DNA of 50,855 nucleotides from a virus: the IMG/VR virus record IMGVR_UViG_3300033417_000013, positions 1 through 50,855 of that record; one strand, given 5' to 3'. The notes under the pieces are model-generated. The model made no database searches and was not told the DNA's origin. It worked only from the letters and a program-made list of their open reading frames with translations. The translations under genes were made by a program, and so were the position numbers. Shown here piece by piece: positions 50,074-50,855 of this stretch (position 1 is the first letter of the stretch; each line of letters starts with the position of its first letter).

Positions 50074-50855
50074 CGAGAATGTCCAGTATGTCCGCCGCCG
50101 TGCGCTTCCAGGTGAAGTTCGCCAGCAAATATTCACGGCCCTTCCAGGTATGTTCCAGCGCGGCCTCGTAGTTATTGACAATCCAGCGCAACTGTGCGTC
50201 CAGATGCGTCCGACTGATATTCACCCACAGACTGTCAGCGGCGTTAGCGTTCAACTTGCCGTCAAACTGTGACGGCCACATTTCCAGCACACTCACCGGG
50301 AAGCCCCACCGATCAACGTCCCACAGGCCCAGCCATTGCGTGGCAATCGTGGGAATACCCATCAGCACCGCCTCACGCGGGGGCAGGCCGAAGCCCTCGC
50401 CCCGGCTCGGAAACATGAACACCGCCGCCCGATTCATCAGCGCCTGATAATCCTCAGCGCTTTGTTCGCCGCGTACAATCGTCACCCCTGGCTGCGCACA
50501 GTTGGTCAGCCACATGGGGTTATCGCGGCACTTGATGACCAGTTCATAGCGGTCATCGTCGCCCAATACCCGATGCCAACTCATCATCGCATCCTGGGCA
50601 TTCTTGCGCATGTCACCCAGCGAGTAGGTCATGATGGTGCGCCTATCGCCATCCAGCGCCCGTTCGCGCCAGTCGATAGGCCGCGCATCCACCCCCAATG
50701 GCACGTAATGCACCGGCACTTCGACCCCGCTACCCTGGAAGATTTCGACCAGTGGCGGACAAGGAACCAACACGCGCTCATAGCACAGGTTCAGGCAATC
50801 GACCCATTCCGGCGCAACCTTCGTGCTTTCAGCCATCGTGTAGGCCCACAGTCGT
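50066..50855 (-). CDS. Glycosyltransferase (GT4-like), 3' part of the junction-spanning gene
   Basis: FPSRGEGFGLPPREAVLMGIPTIAT. The frame remains open beyond Met 50836 to the window end and on to 306. Confidence 0.8.
   Translation of the reverse strand, partial: RLWAYTMAESTKVAPEWVDCLNLCYERVLVPCPPLVEIFQGSGVEVPVHYVPLGVDARPIDWRERALDGDRRTIMTYSLGDMRKNAQDAMMSWHRVLGDDDRYELVIKCRDNPMWLTNCAQPGVTIVRGEQSAEDYQALMNRAAVFMFPSRGEGFGLPPREAVLMGIPTIATQWLGLWDVDRWGFPVSVLEMWPSQFDGKLNANAADSLWVNISRTHLDAQLRWIVNNYEAALEHTWKGREYLLANFTWKRTAADILDILDV
50729..50855. repeat. Terminal overlap, identical to 1..127
   Basis: Exact 127-nt duplicate of the window start. Confidence 0.95.

Noticed and set aside
1-50855. Integrase, CRISPR array, DGR/retron reverse transcriptase, toxin-antitoxin pair
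   Set aside because: I found no tyrosine or serine recombinase motifs, no regularly spaced repeats, and no RT motifs (YxDD) in any ORF. The RHH protein at 27668 has no adjacent toxin-like partner.

Overview
This window is a complete, circularly closed genome of a tailed dsDNA phage with siphovirus-like gene order, not a chromosomal segment. Bases 1-127 are identical to 50729-50855 (an assembler-type overlap). The unique length is therefore 50,728 bp, and one glycosyltransferase gene spans the junction. Minus strand: an accessory block (11227->8286) is followed by terS, terL, portal, MuF-like, protease/scaffold, decoration and capsid genes (7947->587). Next comes a three-glycosyltransferase cassette across the junction (306->1, 50855->48371). 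After it come neck, tail tube, chaperone pair, tape measure, Dit/Tal, fibre and lectin-like genes (48371->36196). A separate minus-strand operon (34468->29700) has a CheY-like receiver as its second gene and ends in a lysis cassette. Plus strand (11378->29635): immunity-region regulators, an ERF recombinase, many small Zn-ribbon proteins, a PD-(D/E)XK nuclease, an iteron-containing initiator, a DnaC-like loader, an AP2 protein, and an IbrA/IbrB-like (PP-loop + ParB/Srx) operon. Three free-standing nuclease cassettes (two HNH, one PD-(D/E)XK) and several promoter-gene-terminator morons interrupt the late region. I saw no integrase, tRNA, rRNA or CRISPR array. All functional calls rest on motif recognition and synteny read by eye; no database search or folding program was available.
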